From NCBI GenBank assembly GCA_036630325.1, contig CP142733.1, forward strand, positions 558,001 through 622,000: 64,000 nt of DNA. Direction: 5' to 3'. The notes below the pieces were generated by a model. That model was not told the origin of the DNA. It worked only from the letters and a program-made list of their open reading frames with translations, and did no database searches. Numbering within the stretch: the first letter of the stretch is position 1; the number at the start of each line of letters is the position of its first letter. Below, piece after piece: positions 35,996 through 50,100 of this stretch. This stretch comes from Vairimorpha necatrix. Lineage: Eukaryota. The translations under genes and the position numbers were made by a program.

Positions 35996-36092
35996 ATGAT
36001 CATTATTAAGAATTTTTTATATATTTACTTCTGTTTTTGTACACAATTTGTTTCAGAAATAAATATAAATATAAAATTTTATGTAAATAAAC

Positions 36093-36587
36093 ATGTTATT
36101 TGCATTCCTCTATTTAAAAAAAACAGTCAGCATTCGGAAGCTTGCCTATATTCCTACAGACATAGGTATTGGGATAACTATTTTAGAAGTAACACAAGAG
36201 CACAAAGAAGAAGAAATAAGTGTGGTTAAATCGGGTGATCAAATGTATGTGCTTCTAGTTAATTTCCCATTAGATTGGAAGTCACCAAAGCCAAAGGACA
36301 AATTTACAAAGCAATTGTCTGAACACTTCATAAGATTACAAAAAGTCGTCTATGAGAATATTTCGAGGCTAAAAGATAGGATTTTTTCTGCAACAAGAAA
36401 TGTGTGGTCGAGTATTTCATCTATATTTTCCAAATTTCGATCAAAAATTTCGTTCTTGTTCACTAATACATTAGCATGGTCTTATAAACATATAAAAATG
36501 CGTTCTAAAACATTTGAATGGGTCTATAAAGTGTCCAAACATGGGTTTGAGAAAGTGTTAAAAGTTCACAAAGAAATCAGAGAATAA
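36093..36587 (+). CDS. Hypothetical basic protein, family B (164 aa)
   Basis: Aligns with 27951: ISVVKSGDQMYVLLVNFPLD vs ICIVRKEDLVFIAFFNNPRD, and SSISSIFSKFRS vs SRIFSVLFKVRS. Confidence 0.82.
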   Translation: MLFAFLYLKKTVSIRKLAYIPTDIGIGITILEVTQEHKEEEISVVKSGDQMYVLLVNFPLDWKSPKPKDKFTKQLSEHFIRLQKVVYENISRLKDRIFSATRNVWSSISSIFSKFRSKISFLFTNTLAWSYKHIKMRSKTFEWVYKVSKHGFEKVLKVHKEIRE

Positions 36588-38766
36588 AGCAATAACTTTT
36601 CTAATATTTCTTTATTTGCTTTTTTAAATTTATAAATTAAATTTCATTTACGCATGATTTCTATAATTTAGTACAGTTTTTATAAATTTTATTTTTAAAT
36701 TTTTTAATATAAGTTAATAAAATGAACAATAATATTTCAAGGATAAATTTTAATACGTGTGTATAAACTGGAGGTTAAAATATTTAAGTATGTTTAACAT
36801 CATTGAAAAAATAAAGCTCTTTTTTACAAAGTCAAATAATCAATAAAAATTGTAGTTTATGAAGCACATTTTTTCTCATTTATGCCTAATTTTTAGTCTT
36901 CATATGCATCTTTGTAAGTTTAGATTATTAGAATTACTTTTTTTTATCACTCACGAGATCTCCCGATCTTTTATATTCTAAAGATATACTTCAAGAACTT
37001 TGTCCAGAACAAGAAATAAAATAAATTCTTTTAATTTCGTACATTAAGACTTCATCGATGCATTTCATGGTTTGCGGTAACCAAGACGCTCCAGTCAAAC
37101 AACTATAATATTTAATAAATTTATGATATTGTGTAAAGTCATTATTGCAGTAAATATATGATGTACCTTTATGTAATACTCTTAAATTATATATATGCAA
37201 AAATTTAACTTCATGCATAAAAAAAATTTCTTTACGTCTTAGTTAATATTTTCAAGTATGTGACTATTGTTTTTAGCGTCAACTACTATCTCAAACAACA
37301 AATGCGGAAAATAATTAAGATTTTGAGTCAAAAGCTTACTATAATTTTTAGCCAAAAATTATATATACCTGACAATCTAAAGTTTTCGTAACATAATCAC
37401 TGACGCAAGTGCTTATATATAATATGATATTGTATTACAAATACTATTACAAAAGTTATGAATTGTTGCAATTGTAAAATATATAAAAAACTAACATTAT
37501 ATTATAACTTCGGGTACTTTATGATTTTTATAGGAATAACACAATGGAAATAAAATTAATTGTTTGATTTAAATATAACCATCTCAATTAGGGGTAAGTT
37601 GTTTATGGTCAATTACAATAAATTTTTAGTATCGAACACTTCATGGAATCTGGAGAATCGGGACAGATTCAAAGATAATATATTCACGAGCTGAAATATA
37701 TCCTGTTGAAAACGCAATGTCGCACTATGTATCATATTTGTAGACGTAAAATAATCAAATTGAAAGCATTATATATATTATACGTATTCATATGTGAAAA
37801 TTCTTTCGATTTAACGTAAACTTTATTATGTATAAATGTAGATAATAAGTCAGAAAAAATACGTAGTTATATAATAGGCAATATAGCCATAAGCAAAGTA
37901 AATGAGAGTAGATATGTGATCTCTGCAAACACTATGATTAAAAATATATTTTAAGGTATTATTAGATGCACATCTTCTAGATTCATATCAATAGAGAAAG
38001 CTGAAGATAAAAAAATCAAATCATACTTTTCTGAAATAAATATTAAGAAATGTTTTATTTTTGCAAAAAACCTGGCATAATACATAATCATGAAACAATA
38101 ATACCATATATGATGATATAAATGTAGTGGTGTCCAAATATTACAATTAGTAAAAAAACGTCATTCTACGTATACATAATTTAAAAATTTTTAAAATAAA
38201 ACTTTTTGTTTATCGAAGGTTCAGTGAAGAAATATACCTTTAAGGAGATGAAGAGAAACAAAAACTATAAAATAACGTGAACAAGTCAATCTTAACTTTT
38301 ATTAATCTACGTATGATTCAAACGGCTATCATTTCCCCCCTGTTTTATTTTATACCCAAAAAAATTGAATATTCGACAGCCGAAAGACCATGAATTTATG
38401 AATAACGATGCTTAAAATTATTAATATATAATAACTTTATATTAAGTGCCGGTCTAAATATTTACAACTTCAGGATTTATCTACAAATATCTAAAATATG
38501 GTTGGATTGTTCGATTTCAATAAAAAAGTATTAATGTTTAATCAAATATAGTAAAAAAAATTAAATGATTAAATAAATATTACATCAATTATAATTATGT
38601 ATCTTATGAATATTGAAAGAAAAATGCGATAAGATCTAATGACATAAAACATCATTAAATTAGTATATCTTCTTTTGCGTCACTAATTTATAAACCCCAG
38701 TATTTTACAGTGAATATTAGAAAACTGAAAACAATGACAACATTAGTACTTGTCCAAAAATGAATA

Positions 38767-39787
38767 TTTTTAGATAAATTTGCACTATTCTAAGACGCAA
38801 AGCGATTTTCCACTCCAAGAAAACTGGCTACACATATCTATCCACCATAGAAGGATATATAAAAGAGAAATATAAACTTAAGGAAAACGTAACTGCTAAA
38901 ATATTAATAGAGGCTCAAACCGAATCTCTTTATAGCGATATAAAAATAAAAACAAACCATTCAAAGATATTTAGACCAAGAGACGATCCACTTATTGATA
39001 TAAAACAGGCTGCCATGTGGCTCACAAAAGGAAATATGAGCCCGAGGGAGGAAGGCAATTTATGTGCATTACAGGACCGAAATATTTTCTTAGAGAAACG
39101 GATAAAATGCCCACACTGCCATAATATGGAAAGAAAGTAGATCATATGGCCACTCAATGTGATCGTATGCTTTCACATGATTACTTAAGACGGCAAAATG
39201 AGGCACTGCGATGCACCCACCTACAGTTGTGTAAGACGTATTATCTATCCCATGCCAAAAGAATTAGAAATCATTCAGTCCAGGAGTGTGTAGCTAATGA
39301 GTATATTGAGATACGAGTCGACAGTAGGATACATTCAAGTATCAAAATAAAGTATTACAAGCCTGATATACTAATTGTAGACAAGTTGAGGAAAGAAGTG
39401 ATCGTTGTAAAGTTAGTATCACAAGTTTTAACAACATCCATGCAGTAGAAACAGAAAAGAAACATAAATACGACTTGCTCGCAAATCATGTGCCTTCTCT
39501 CTATAAATACAAGCAGAAAATTATTTCTTATGTGATGACGTGTGATGGAATAGTAACTTATTTTCACCGTACGCATATCAAAGTGCTCAGATTAGAACCC
39601 AGAACGCCAGCATATATACAGCCAAGAGTCCTTAAAATGACTTTAGAAAGCCTTTTATGCCAGCCAGACATGGGCTTGATACAGATCAGGAAGGGGTTTT
39701 CGAGAGCCCAATGAGTGAATCTCGGAAGGAAGTCCTGGAACTGCCAGATGAGACTGTAAGCGTATCTTGTGACAAAAAATTAATAAG
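38767..39787 (+). mobile_element. Duplicate of the RLE non-LTR remnant
   Basis: Copy of 1240-2260 (+37527), with a SNP at 39724. Confidence 0.88.
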
Positions 39788-41291
39788 CTGAATATTATAC
39801 CCAAATAAATTATATATTTATATATGGCAAAATTATTTAAGTGTCAAAAAATTCAGGGTCAAAATGATTTGAAAATTAACTCTTTAAACATATCATATAA
39901 GGAAAAATAGTGTTAAATTCTTAACGCGTAAATTATATTTTAAAGATAAAAAATGATTAATCTACAATAAAATTTGATTTTTTTGTAGATATAAAGCTTA
40001 ACAATTATCACAATATGACAAAAAACTGTTAATGTTTTTGCCAGAATGCCTTTAGATATTATTAAATTTTTTTTATAATTTTTTTTTATATGTACCATGT
40101 TCTAGTATAAGTAGACATTGTTACAGAACTTTGTTGTATATAATTTTTTTTATAAATTGAGATAAACTTGGAAGATAATATATGAAATAATAGAATCAAA
40201 ACACACGAATTTAAATGGAAAAGTGGTAGAGACTCGATTGTTTTTCTATATTGCCAAAAATTATTATTAACATAGATGTCCGTCTAACTATTCACAAAAA
40301 CTAAACACACTATCAGATACTTCGTAATACTAATTATTCATTATAGATTTATATTTTTCAAATGAAATGTATATTCTTTATTATTCATGTTTACTATGAT
40401 TACATTTTAATATATTTGACCTAGCTATTATACGATATCGTTTTTTAATTATATCCTATATTACTACGTATTAAATAATATGATGACTTCATGTACCATA
40501 TATGATTGATTCGGCTTCAAAAGATTAATTTGCAGTTTATAAAAAAAAGTATGTTGAAAATAAGAATAGTTATTTACACATTATTCAATTAACTTTTATT
40601 GTGTGCTCATTTCATTGTCTTTAAATGATTAAATAACAAATCTAAAACGTTTCTTTATTAAATTAAATGGCAGTTTTTCCTTATCATTTGCTTTTATTTC
40701 ATAATTTGTTCTTGTCAAAAGGGGGTATTTTTAAACAATTTTGGCCCTGAATTGTTCGCCATCTAATATGAATTTTTCCTTTTTATTTCATGGCATGCTG
40801 TAAATGTTCTAATACTTTACAAATAGCAGGTATAAATTTCTACAAGTGTTTATGTTAAAAGTTTAAAAATGATATTAAATTGGCAATATATTTAATTTTT
40901 ATAAATTCTGATAAATTTGATAATTAATCATATTAAACCTATTCTGCATATATAATTTATAGTTCAAAAGATGAATCCTGTTGCTTTAAGCATTAGTTTA
41001 TGGAACGTCGAATACGAACCAGTTAAATATTTTTTTTAAAGCATTAAAACTTAGTACAACTTAATCATTAAATGATATTTCCAAGCTACGTTGTATCATA
41101 TTATCACGTTTAAAAAAACAACCCCATTTTGTAACAAATTTAATTTGACAATATTAATTTTGCATAGTCGTTATAAGTTAATTTTATGATCTTAGGAACA
41201 AATATTTAAAAGTAATAAACTTTTAAATGAATTGTTCAATATAAAAGTAAATATATATATATATATATATATATGAAAAAAGTGAAACCCC

Positions 41292-41867
41292 ATGATATTG
41301 ATTCTTTTTAATCTGCAATATATTTTTTCTATTGAGGCCATGTTTATGGTACAAAGAGATGATAAATTCGTAGATGTTTACATAAGTTTAGCAGATGAAG
41401 AAAAAAACACTACCTATTCAATTTCTGAAATGGACGATGATTATAATTTTAAATCAATTAATACGTTCAATCATAAAATCCTTATAGGAAGAAAATATAA
41501 GACGCATTACTTTCTGCCTATAACATTAAAAGAGGGAATGTATATTCATAAAATGTTAAGTTCTGTTGCAAATAATAATGTCGAACTGATGAACATTATA
41601 AATTTGTTCTACAATGGTACAGATATACTTAAAACTACTATTACAACTGAAGATAAAAAGGTATATTACTTAGAACATGGAAAATATAATTCTGTAATAC
41701 CGGATGATGCTTTCATAGTAAATTCGAAATTACACTTTCACGAATCAAAAAGCTTATTTGAACTAGAATGGTTAGATATTTTTGATAAACGTGTTGATTA
41801 TAAACTTCCAAAAAAATACTTTATAATCCGTTACAGGAAAGTACTAGATACTAAAGATATTGATTAA
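41292..41867 (+). CDS. Family A protein, duplicate of 3765
   Basis: Identical translation. Confidence 0.85.
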   Translation: MILILFNLQYIFSIEAMFMVQRDDKFVDVYISLADEEKNTTYSISEMDDDYNFKSINTFNHKILIGRKYKTHYFLPITLKEGMYIHKMLSSVANNNVELMNIINLFYNGTDILKTTITTEDKKVYYLEHGKYNSVIPDDAFIVNSKLHFHESKSLFELEWLDIFDKRVDYKLPKKYFIIRYRKVLDTKDID

Positions 41868-42416
41868 CTTGTACATTTATGATATAAAATCCTCTGTAAA
41901 ATTTTTTTCATTATCACAATTGTAATGATAGTTTATAAAATAGTTTTCAGACATAGGTGAAGCACCGAAAGTAAAGAAAAAAGTACGATAGGAATTTGGT
42001 TTAATTTACGTCAAATATTAGAAAAACTAAATACATTAATTGTCAATAGTTACAAGCTAAAATTAATAAAAAATTTTAATTTTTTTTCAAGATGATTTTT
42101 TTTTTAATTTTCATTATCGCTAAAACTGATGAAAAGTATAAAATTTCAAATTTGTATATCAAGTTTATAAAATTAACTGATTATTTAATCCACGTAATTG
42201 ATAGTTTAGAGAATGAAGAAAATAACTATAAAAATAAACTAAGACGAAACTAACATTTTGTATCAAGAAAAAAAAATTTTGCAATTGTTTTGATATATTT
42301 TCGGGTTGAGATGAAATTTTTATTTCATCAAAAAAAAAATAATTTGAAAAAATATGAAAGCTTGTAATATTTTTTATACGAAAAAAAATTCTACTCTTTT
42401 TTGATTGCATATAACA

Positions 42417-45033
42417 TCATCATCATATATATAAAAGAATTTTATTTAATTTTTTACCCCTCTTTTTTGTGGTTTTAAAAATTCTAAACTTCTTATTATA
42501 GCTTATTACGTTATTATAATTGCAAATTTAAACACCATGCTTAAATTTGATAATTGTAAGTGTGTATATTATGTGTTAATGCATTTTAATTCATATTATT
42601 ATTTTTGTAAAACTCAGTTCCAAAATATCGTCAGAATCGTTTTTTAGAATTTATTTAACCCTTCTAGAAAAATTCACAAAAATATTAACCAAAGAAAAAG
42701 TTGAATATAAGTGTCAAAAATTGAGCTTAGAAGTATTCAAAATTATCTAATTATGATTTTTAAGTGTTTTACAACAACATTACTCCTTATATGTCACTAA
42801 AAAGTATTTTTAAAAATCATGTCTAAACTCTGTCAAATTTAATCAGCCAAAAATGGAAACTTTACAAAATTTACCGAGACGGGACATATTATAAAACAAA
42901 CACATTTATCCCGTTTTCAAAACGGGAAAGCATACGCTAGTCATCATATATATAAAAGAATTTTATTTAATTTTTTACCCCTCTTTTTTGTGACTTTGAA
43001 ATTTCTAAACGATATGTTTTGGGTCTTTTATGTTAATATAATATCAAATATAGATTTATTGCTTTAATTTGACTATTCTAAGTGTGTATGTTATCAGTTA
43101 ATACTTTTTAATTCTATTTATTATTTTTGTAAAACTCAGTTCCAAAATATCGTCAGAATCGTTTTTTAGAATTTATTTAACCCTTCTAGAAAAATTCACA
43201 AAAATATTAACCAAAGAAAAAGTTGAATATAAGTGTCAAAAATTGAGCTTAGAAGTATTCAAAATTATCTAATTATGATTTATAAGTGATTTTAACTTCA
43301 TTTTACTCCTTATATGTCACTAAAAAGTATTTTTGAAAACGATGTCAAATCCTATCAAATTCTAACATTCCAAAATAGAAACTCACAAAAATTCACCGAG
43401 GAGCGACATATTATAAAACAAAACATTCAAATCCCGTTTTCAAAACGGGAAAGCATACGCTAGTCATCATATATATAAAAGAATTTTATTTAATTTTTTA
43501 CCCCTCTTTTTTGTGACTTTGAAATTTCTAAACGATATGTTTTGGGCCTTTTATGTTAATATAATATCAAATATAGATTTATTGCTTTAATTTGACTATT
43601 CTAAGTGTATATGTTATCAGTTAATACTTTTTTATTTTGATTATTATTTTTGTAAAACTCAGTTCCAAAATATCGTCAGAATCGTTTTTTAGAATTTATT
43701 TAACCCTTCTAGAAAAATTACAAAAATGTTTAACAATAAAAATTTAATGACAATAAATGTCAACAATTGAGCTTAGAAGTTCCCAAAATTATCTCATTGA
43801 GCTTATTAAATATTTTAAAACAGCATAACTTCTTATATGTTGCTAAAAAGTATTTTTAAAAATCATGTTTTCTCCTTTATAAATTCATTATCCTTAAATG
43901 GAAATTTAACGAAAATTACCAATTAGGGACATATTAAAAAACTAAACATTTATCCCGTTTTCAAAACGGGAAAGCATACGCTAGTCATCATATATATAAA
44001 AGAATTTTATTTAATTTTTTACCCCTCTTTTTTATGATTTTGTAAAATCTAAACTTTTTTTTATAGCTTATTGTGTCATTGTAATATCAAATATAAACTC
44101 ATTGAAGGATTTTGACTATTCTAAGTGTGTATGTTATTAGTTAATACTTTTTAATTTTGATTATTATTTTTGTAAAACTCAGTTCCAAAATATCGTCAGA
44201 ATCGTTTTTTAGAATTTATTTAACCCTTCTAGAAAAAATTCACAAAAATATTAACCAATAATGATTTTGAAGATTATTGTCAAATTTTGAGCGTAAAAAC
44301 ACAATAAAGTTATCAAATTGAATTTTATAGAATAATTTGATTTGAATTCTGTATTCAAGTTTTGCATTGGAAATAATTTTAATGTTGTTAAAAATTGCAT
44401 TTCCCCTTTCTTTTCAAACCAAATATGGAAACTTAAAAAAAAATTAAGGAGGTACATACCATAAACAAAACATAATAATCCCGTTTTCCAAAACGGGAAA
44501 GCATACGCTAGTCATATATATAAAAGAATTTTATTTAATTTTTTACCCCTCTTTTTTGTGGTTTTGAAATTTTTACACTATATATTTTGAACTTATTATG
44601 TTTAAATAATATCAAATATAAACTCAACGAAGGATTTTGGCTATCATAGGTGCGTGTACTGTATGTTAATACAGTTTCATTTTAATTCTTTGTTTTGTAA
44701 AACTCAGTTCCAAAATATCGTCAGAATCGTTTTTTAGAATTTATTTAACCCTTCTAGAAAAATTTTAAAAACAATTGACAAAAGAAGAATGTTGAATAAA
44801 AGTGTCAAAACTTAAGCTTAGAAGTCCCCAAAATTATCTCATTATAATTATTAAATGTTTTTAGCTCAACTTTACTCCTTATATGTTACTAAAAAGTATT
44901 TTTAAAAATTATGTTTTCGCCTTTTCAAATTCATTCATCCCAAAATGGAAACTCACCAAAATTCACCGAAGAGCGACATATTATAAAACAAAACGTTCAA
45001 ATCCCGTTTTCAAAACGGGAAAGCATACGCTAG
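42417..45033 (+). mobile_element. Array of five Helitron-like units (units 2-6 of the first array)
   Basis: Head TCATCATCAT is followed by the unit-2 body (gtggttttaaaaattctaaac). Same hairpin-CTAG ends. Confidence 0.9.
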
Positions 45034-47195
45034 TTTTATTTAAAATCATTTTTAAGAAATTTTTTGCTGGAGATTGTGTGGATTTTTAACAATATTAGTA
45101 ACAAATCTTTTTTGTGTTAAATAGCAAATATAAAGCTTTTTGTCTCGTAATCGAATAAAAAGTTGTTATTAAAATTTTTAATTATATGGTACAAAACCAA
45201 AGGTGGAAAAGAATAATTACTTTTTTTTTTGAATTAAATTCTACGTTATTAGTTTTCTATCTAAAGAACAAAATTAAGATGTTAGTTTTTTAGCAAACAA
45301 AAACTGTTGAGCATAAAGTATCAAAAAAGCGGGAACGGTTCGATTTTGAAAAATTAACTGTAATACACCAACAGCAAGATGTTTCAGTTTGTGAGTAACT
45401 ATATTTTTCCCCAAACTCGTAGTTTTATGTCGATAATGGATACCCTTTTATAAAAATTATGATTTATAGATTAAATGTGGTAAAAAAAAATCACTTGAAT
45501 TTATAGACTTATATCAGAAAAACTTTTGTTCATGGTATGGGTGTTTTTTAAGTAAATTGAAACAACATTATTCTATGGACGACAACGTTGCAGCTATTTG
45601 TAGATATGTTTGCCATGTAGTCATATTTAGAAATTTGCATTTAAATAGAACAAAGCATTGACGATGTAGTTTTAGTCTATCAGATTCCTTAAATCTTTTC
45701 ATTTAACGCTATTACTTATTTAAAATCTATTTTAAGATTAAATAATTTCTGTTTTTTAAAATTCTATCTAGTTTTTAGCATTTAAAATATATTTTTCTGG
45801 AGGCTTGTAAATGGCAAATTAAAATTCAACTTTTTATAAAATCTATAGAAAAATAGTGGTAAAGCACGAATATGAATTTTATTATTTGCTATAACTTTAA
45901 TCAATATGAGTAAAGTATTAAACATTTATAAATGATTCTTTCTCGAAATACGATGTTTTTTTTATTGGCATAAGAGCTAATTACAAATATTGATGCATTT
46001 GACTAAAATAGAAGAGTTAATTTAAAAAAAATCAAACATTTTTTACATAACATTAACTTCTTTGACAAACTTCTTAGAACAGCCTAATTATAGTAAATGT
46101 TAATGTTTTATATTAGTTAATAGACTAAATAAAAAATAGAACATTGTTAGGTGCACCCTATTGTTTTCTATGTATATACAAGTATGCGATAAATAAAAAT
46201 GTAAGTTCTCATGAAACCACTCATATTGGGTCATTAAATAAAGATCGCAGTAATACTAAACACAGAGGGCTACACATCGACTTCTCCACAGAATTGGAGA
46301 TTAGGAAGAAGAAAAAAAAATTCGTTGGTTCAATAAACTTCTAGATGTTGTGATGCTTCTGATTAATTAGATATTTAATAATATATGCTTGATGTTTCTG
46401 TACGCGATAATGGTTATAGTATTCTTGATGCCTTTCTAACTTTAATTGAGTGAAAAGCTTTAGCATTATTATATGGAAATTCGATATTTTGCATCGATAA
46501 AAAGTATTTTGCTTTTAATAAATAAGGAAATGACCACTATTTTGAGTTCTTTAGATATCTATATATTATGCTGCTTCGACTTTCAAGCAAGAAACAAAAA
46601 TAGGATTGATAAAAATTATAGTACTTTTAATACGTATTTGTTTCTCGTACTAATTATAGGTACTTTTTACTTTTTATACTAATTAGAACAAATTTATAAT
46701 TTAAATTTTTGATCAATAATGTGTATTTAAACCACATTTAATTATTCTATAACATGTAGTTGAATATGATTCAAATTATATTTACAAAATAAATAAATGC
46801 TTACCTGATATAGAAAATTATTAGAAATTCGCGATACTAAGAACTTTAATTATAAAACTATTTTAACAAAATCTCCTCAGATTTGTAAATGGGTTTGACA
46901 TTATACTTTGGAATTTATGTGTTTTTCTTGATATACTTTTGAACTTATTTAAGTAAATTTTGTTTTTATCTTAAAATGTCAAATATTTATATAAAAAATT
47001 ATGATTTCAAATCATATCAAAATGCTTTTTATTCAGATATATCTAAAATATTTAATTAGTAAATTCGTAGATAAAAATTAAATTTGTTTTGACGTTTTTA
47101 ATTTATCAAGTTTGAGAAATATGCCAAATGGTATATAAATACAATATTTTTTAATGATCGTATTTTAAATTTTATATATTATGGATCTATGGAAA

Positions 47196-50100
47196 TGACA
47201 CAATCCAGAGGAGCTACCTCTGGACAAATATAGTTCTATTAAATTATACGTTTTATTTATTTGATTAAAGCCTCGTTGGGCATCCGTAATGGGATACTGG
47301 TCCCTGGCTCTGAGGCCCTTCCTTGGTCGTGGATTCCAAGGGTATTGATCTTTGTCTTGTCTCATAATTTTGTTGGGGTCAGGGCAAAAAGGAAATAAAT
47401 AATTGATTTTTGGAATAGACCGGTCGAATGGTCTATTTTCCAAAAAGGGAAAATTGATAAAATAAAAATAAATAATTTGTGGTATTTATAATACCACATT
47501 CTCCCCCCTCTAAAGTTTTATGTTCTTGACATGTATCCACTCAGAGATTCCATTAACCTTTACCCATTTTCCTTTGGATCCTAATTGCGTTACCTTTCTC
47601 TTTCTTAAGTACTTCCGGTCTAATTTCGTAGCTGTCAAATTCCTTACATATACTTCGTCGCCTAGCCTGAATTTGGGAGTAGTTAATGTTTTTTTTATAT
47701 TACGCATTTGTATTGCTCTTTCTAGTGGATCATAGTATTCTTTCCCATTTAACGCAGCATTGGGGGAACATCCTATTGATCTATTATAGTTATTATTGAT
47801 CACCCATTCGCACATATCAATGGCTGTGATTATATTTTCGCCTTTCATTATAGACAGTATGAAGGTTATAGTGCGGTTTACTGACTCTGATATACCATTT
47901 GAACTTGGGGTATATGTTGGAACGCGTAAGTGCTTTATGTCCACTTCGTTTAAATATTGTTCAACTTGTTTGCTTGTATACTGCTTTCCGTTATCTGATA
48001 TTAGTATTGTAGGTTTAGATTTTGTTAATTCAGTCCAATTGCTGATTGCGCTTATAATCTCTTCTCCTCTTATTTTATATGCTAAATATAGTTTCGTGTA
48101 TCGTGTCTTTATGTCTGTTACTGTAATAATAAATCCTTTATTATGCTTACCCGCGTCCTTAAATTTCTCTAAATTAAATGGACCATATATGTCCGAGCTA
48201 ATTCTTTCAAGATTGTTTTCGGCTGACATATGGGCTCCTACCCCTCTTTTGACATAAGTTACTTTGTAAGCTTTGCATTTTCGACAATCATTTACTATTT
48301 GTTTGATCCTATGGAATAGATGTGGAACATAAAAAAAATTCTTTAGATTATTGTACATTGTTGTTATTCCTCTATGGCCTTGTTCATGATGTATTTTATA
48401 TAACCAGTGTTTTACTTTGTTTGGTTTCATAAAAATTTTTCCGTCTTTATTCATTTTTATCCTTTGATTTTTGTCCTTTATCATTGCATCTTTGACCATT
48501 TTTATGTATCCATCTTCATTGTTTTTGATAATTGTGAAGCATCTCGATAAACTATCTGCAATTACATTTTCTTTACCTTCTATGTGTATTAATTTATGGT
48601 TAAATTCATTAATGATTAACTTCCAACGACACATTCTTGAGGTTTCTAGTTTCACGTTGTTTAAGCAATTTTTACTGTCTGTTCTGACTTCTACAAAATT
48701 TCCTTGCAAGATGCCTTTAAAGTGTATGAGTGATAAAAGGATTCCAAGATATTCCTTTTCTACAATACTATAATTTAGTTCAACCTTTCCAAATTTTTTA
48801 CTAAAATATCCAATCGGACCATCCTCTTGGTAAAGTACACTACCTATCCCCATATCAGAAGCATCACATTCTAAGGTGAATGACTTTGTGTAATCTGGGC
48901 AGATTAATCTCGCTCTATTTTTAATAAATTCGCTTATGTCCTTAATAATGTTCTTAACATGCTGAGTCGATTCTATTTTTGCTCCTTGCTGCAGCATGTT
49001 TGTCAATGGGAGTAATTTTGTAGACAAATTTGGTAGGAATTTTCTATACCATCCAATCGTCCCTAATAGTTTTTGGACATCTCTTTTAGTTTTTAGTCTT
49101 CTCTCTAATATTTCTTTAGGAATCAATTTGTTCGCTGGAAACACACCGTCAGCATTTATTGTATTTCCTAGTACCGTGATTTCATCTTTCATAAAGTTAC
49201 TTTTTTCAAAGTTTATTTTTACATTTTTCTCTTTGAGTTTGTTCAAAACATTTACTATTAATTTGTTGTGTTCTTCCTTGGTTTCTGAGAATAATACAAT
49301 ATCATCTATGTACACGAAGCAGTTATCCACTTCGTGTAATATTTCAGTGATGTATCTTTGGAAAATTTTTGGACCCGGTTTAATGCCAAAGGGTATACGT
49401 TTGTATCGGTATTGGGCTCCCATAATCATAAATGATGTCAAGTCTCTGCTTTCTTGCTGGATTTTAATCTGGTTGAATCCGTTCTTTAAATCTATTTGAG
49501 AAAAGTACTTATTTCTTCCCATCCTTAGTATACAGTCATCTATTTTTGGTATTGAAAAAATGTCATCTTCGATGTGATCATTTATCTCTTTAAAATTTAT
49601 GACCAGTCTTAATTCACCAGTTTTCTTTTCGATAAAATATCCTGGGCTTGCGAAAGTTGCTCTAGACTTCTCTATAATATCTTCATCAAGTAATCTTTTA
49701 ACCTCCTTTCTTGCTCTTTCATAATATTTGAAAGCTATATTGTAGAATTTATGTCGCGTGATATTCAACTTCTTTATAACCGAAAATCGAGCTTCATCCA
49801 TTTTCATAGAGTAAAATTTATCATTTAGTTTCTTATAATTTTCAAGGTGTGAAATATAAATTTCCTTCGAAGCAGACACATAAAGTAAACTGTTTAATCG
49901 TTCATTTAACATCTCATCCGTGTTTGTTATCGCGTCCATAAAGGGAATTTCTTCATTGTTGATAACAAGTGATTGGTTAGCAAAATCAATTGTAGCTTTA
50001 TTCTTCCTTAGCCATTCAGATCCTAGTAGTAAATCGACTGGGCAATTTTTAATAATATAGAATTCAATATCCATGATAATATTTGGAGACAACCTTATTC

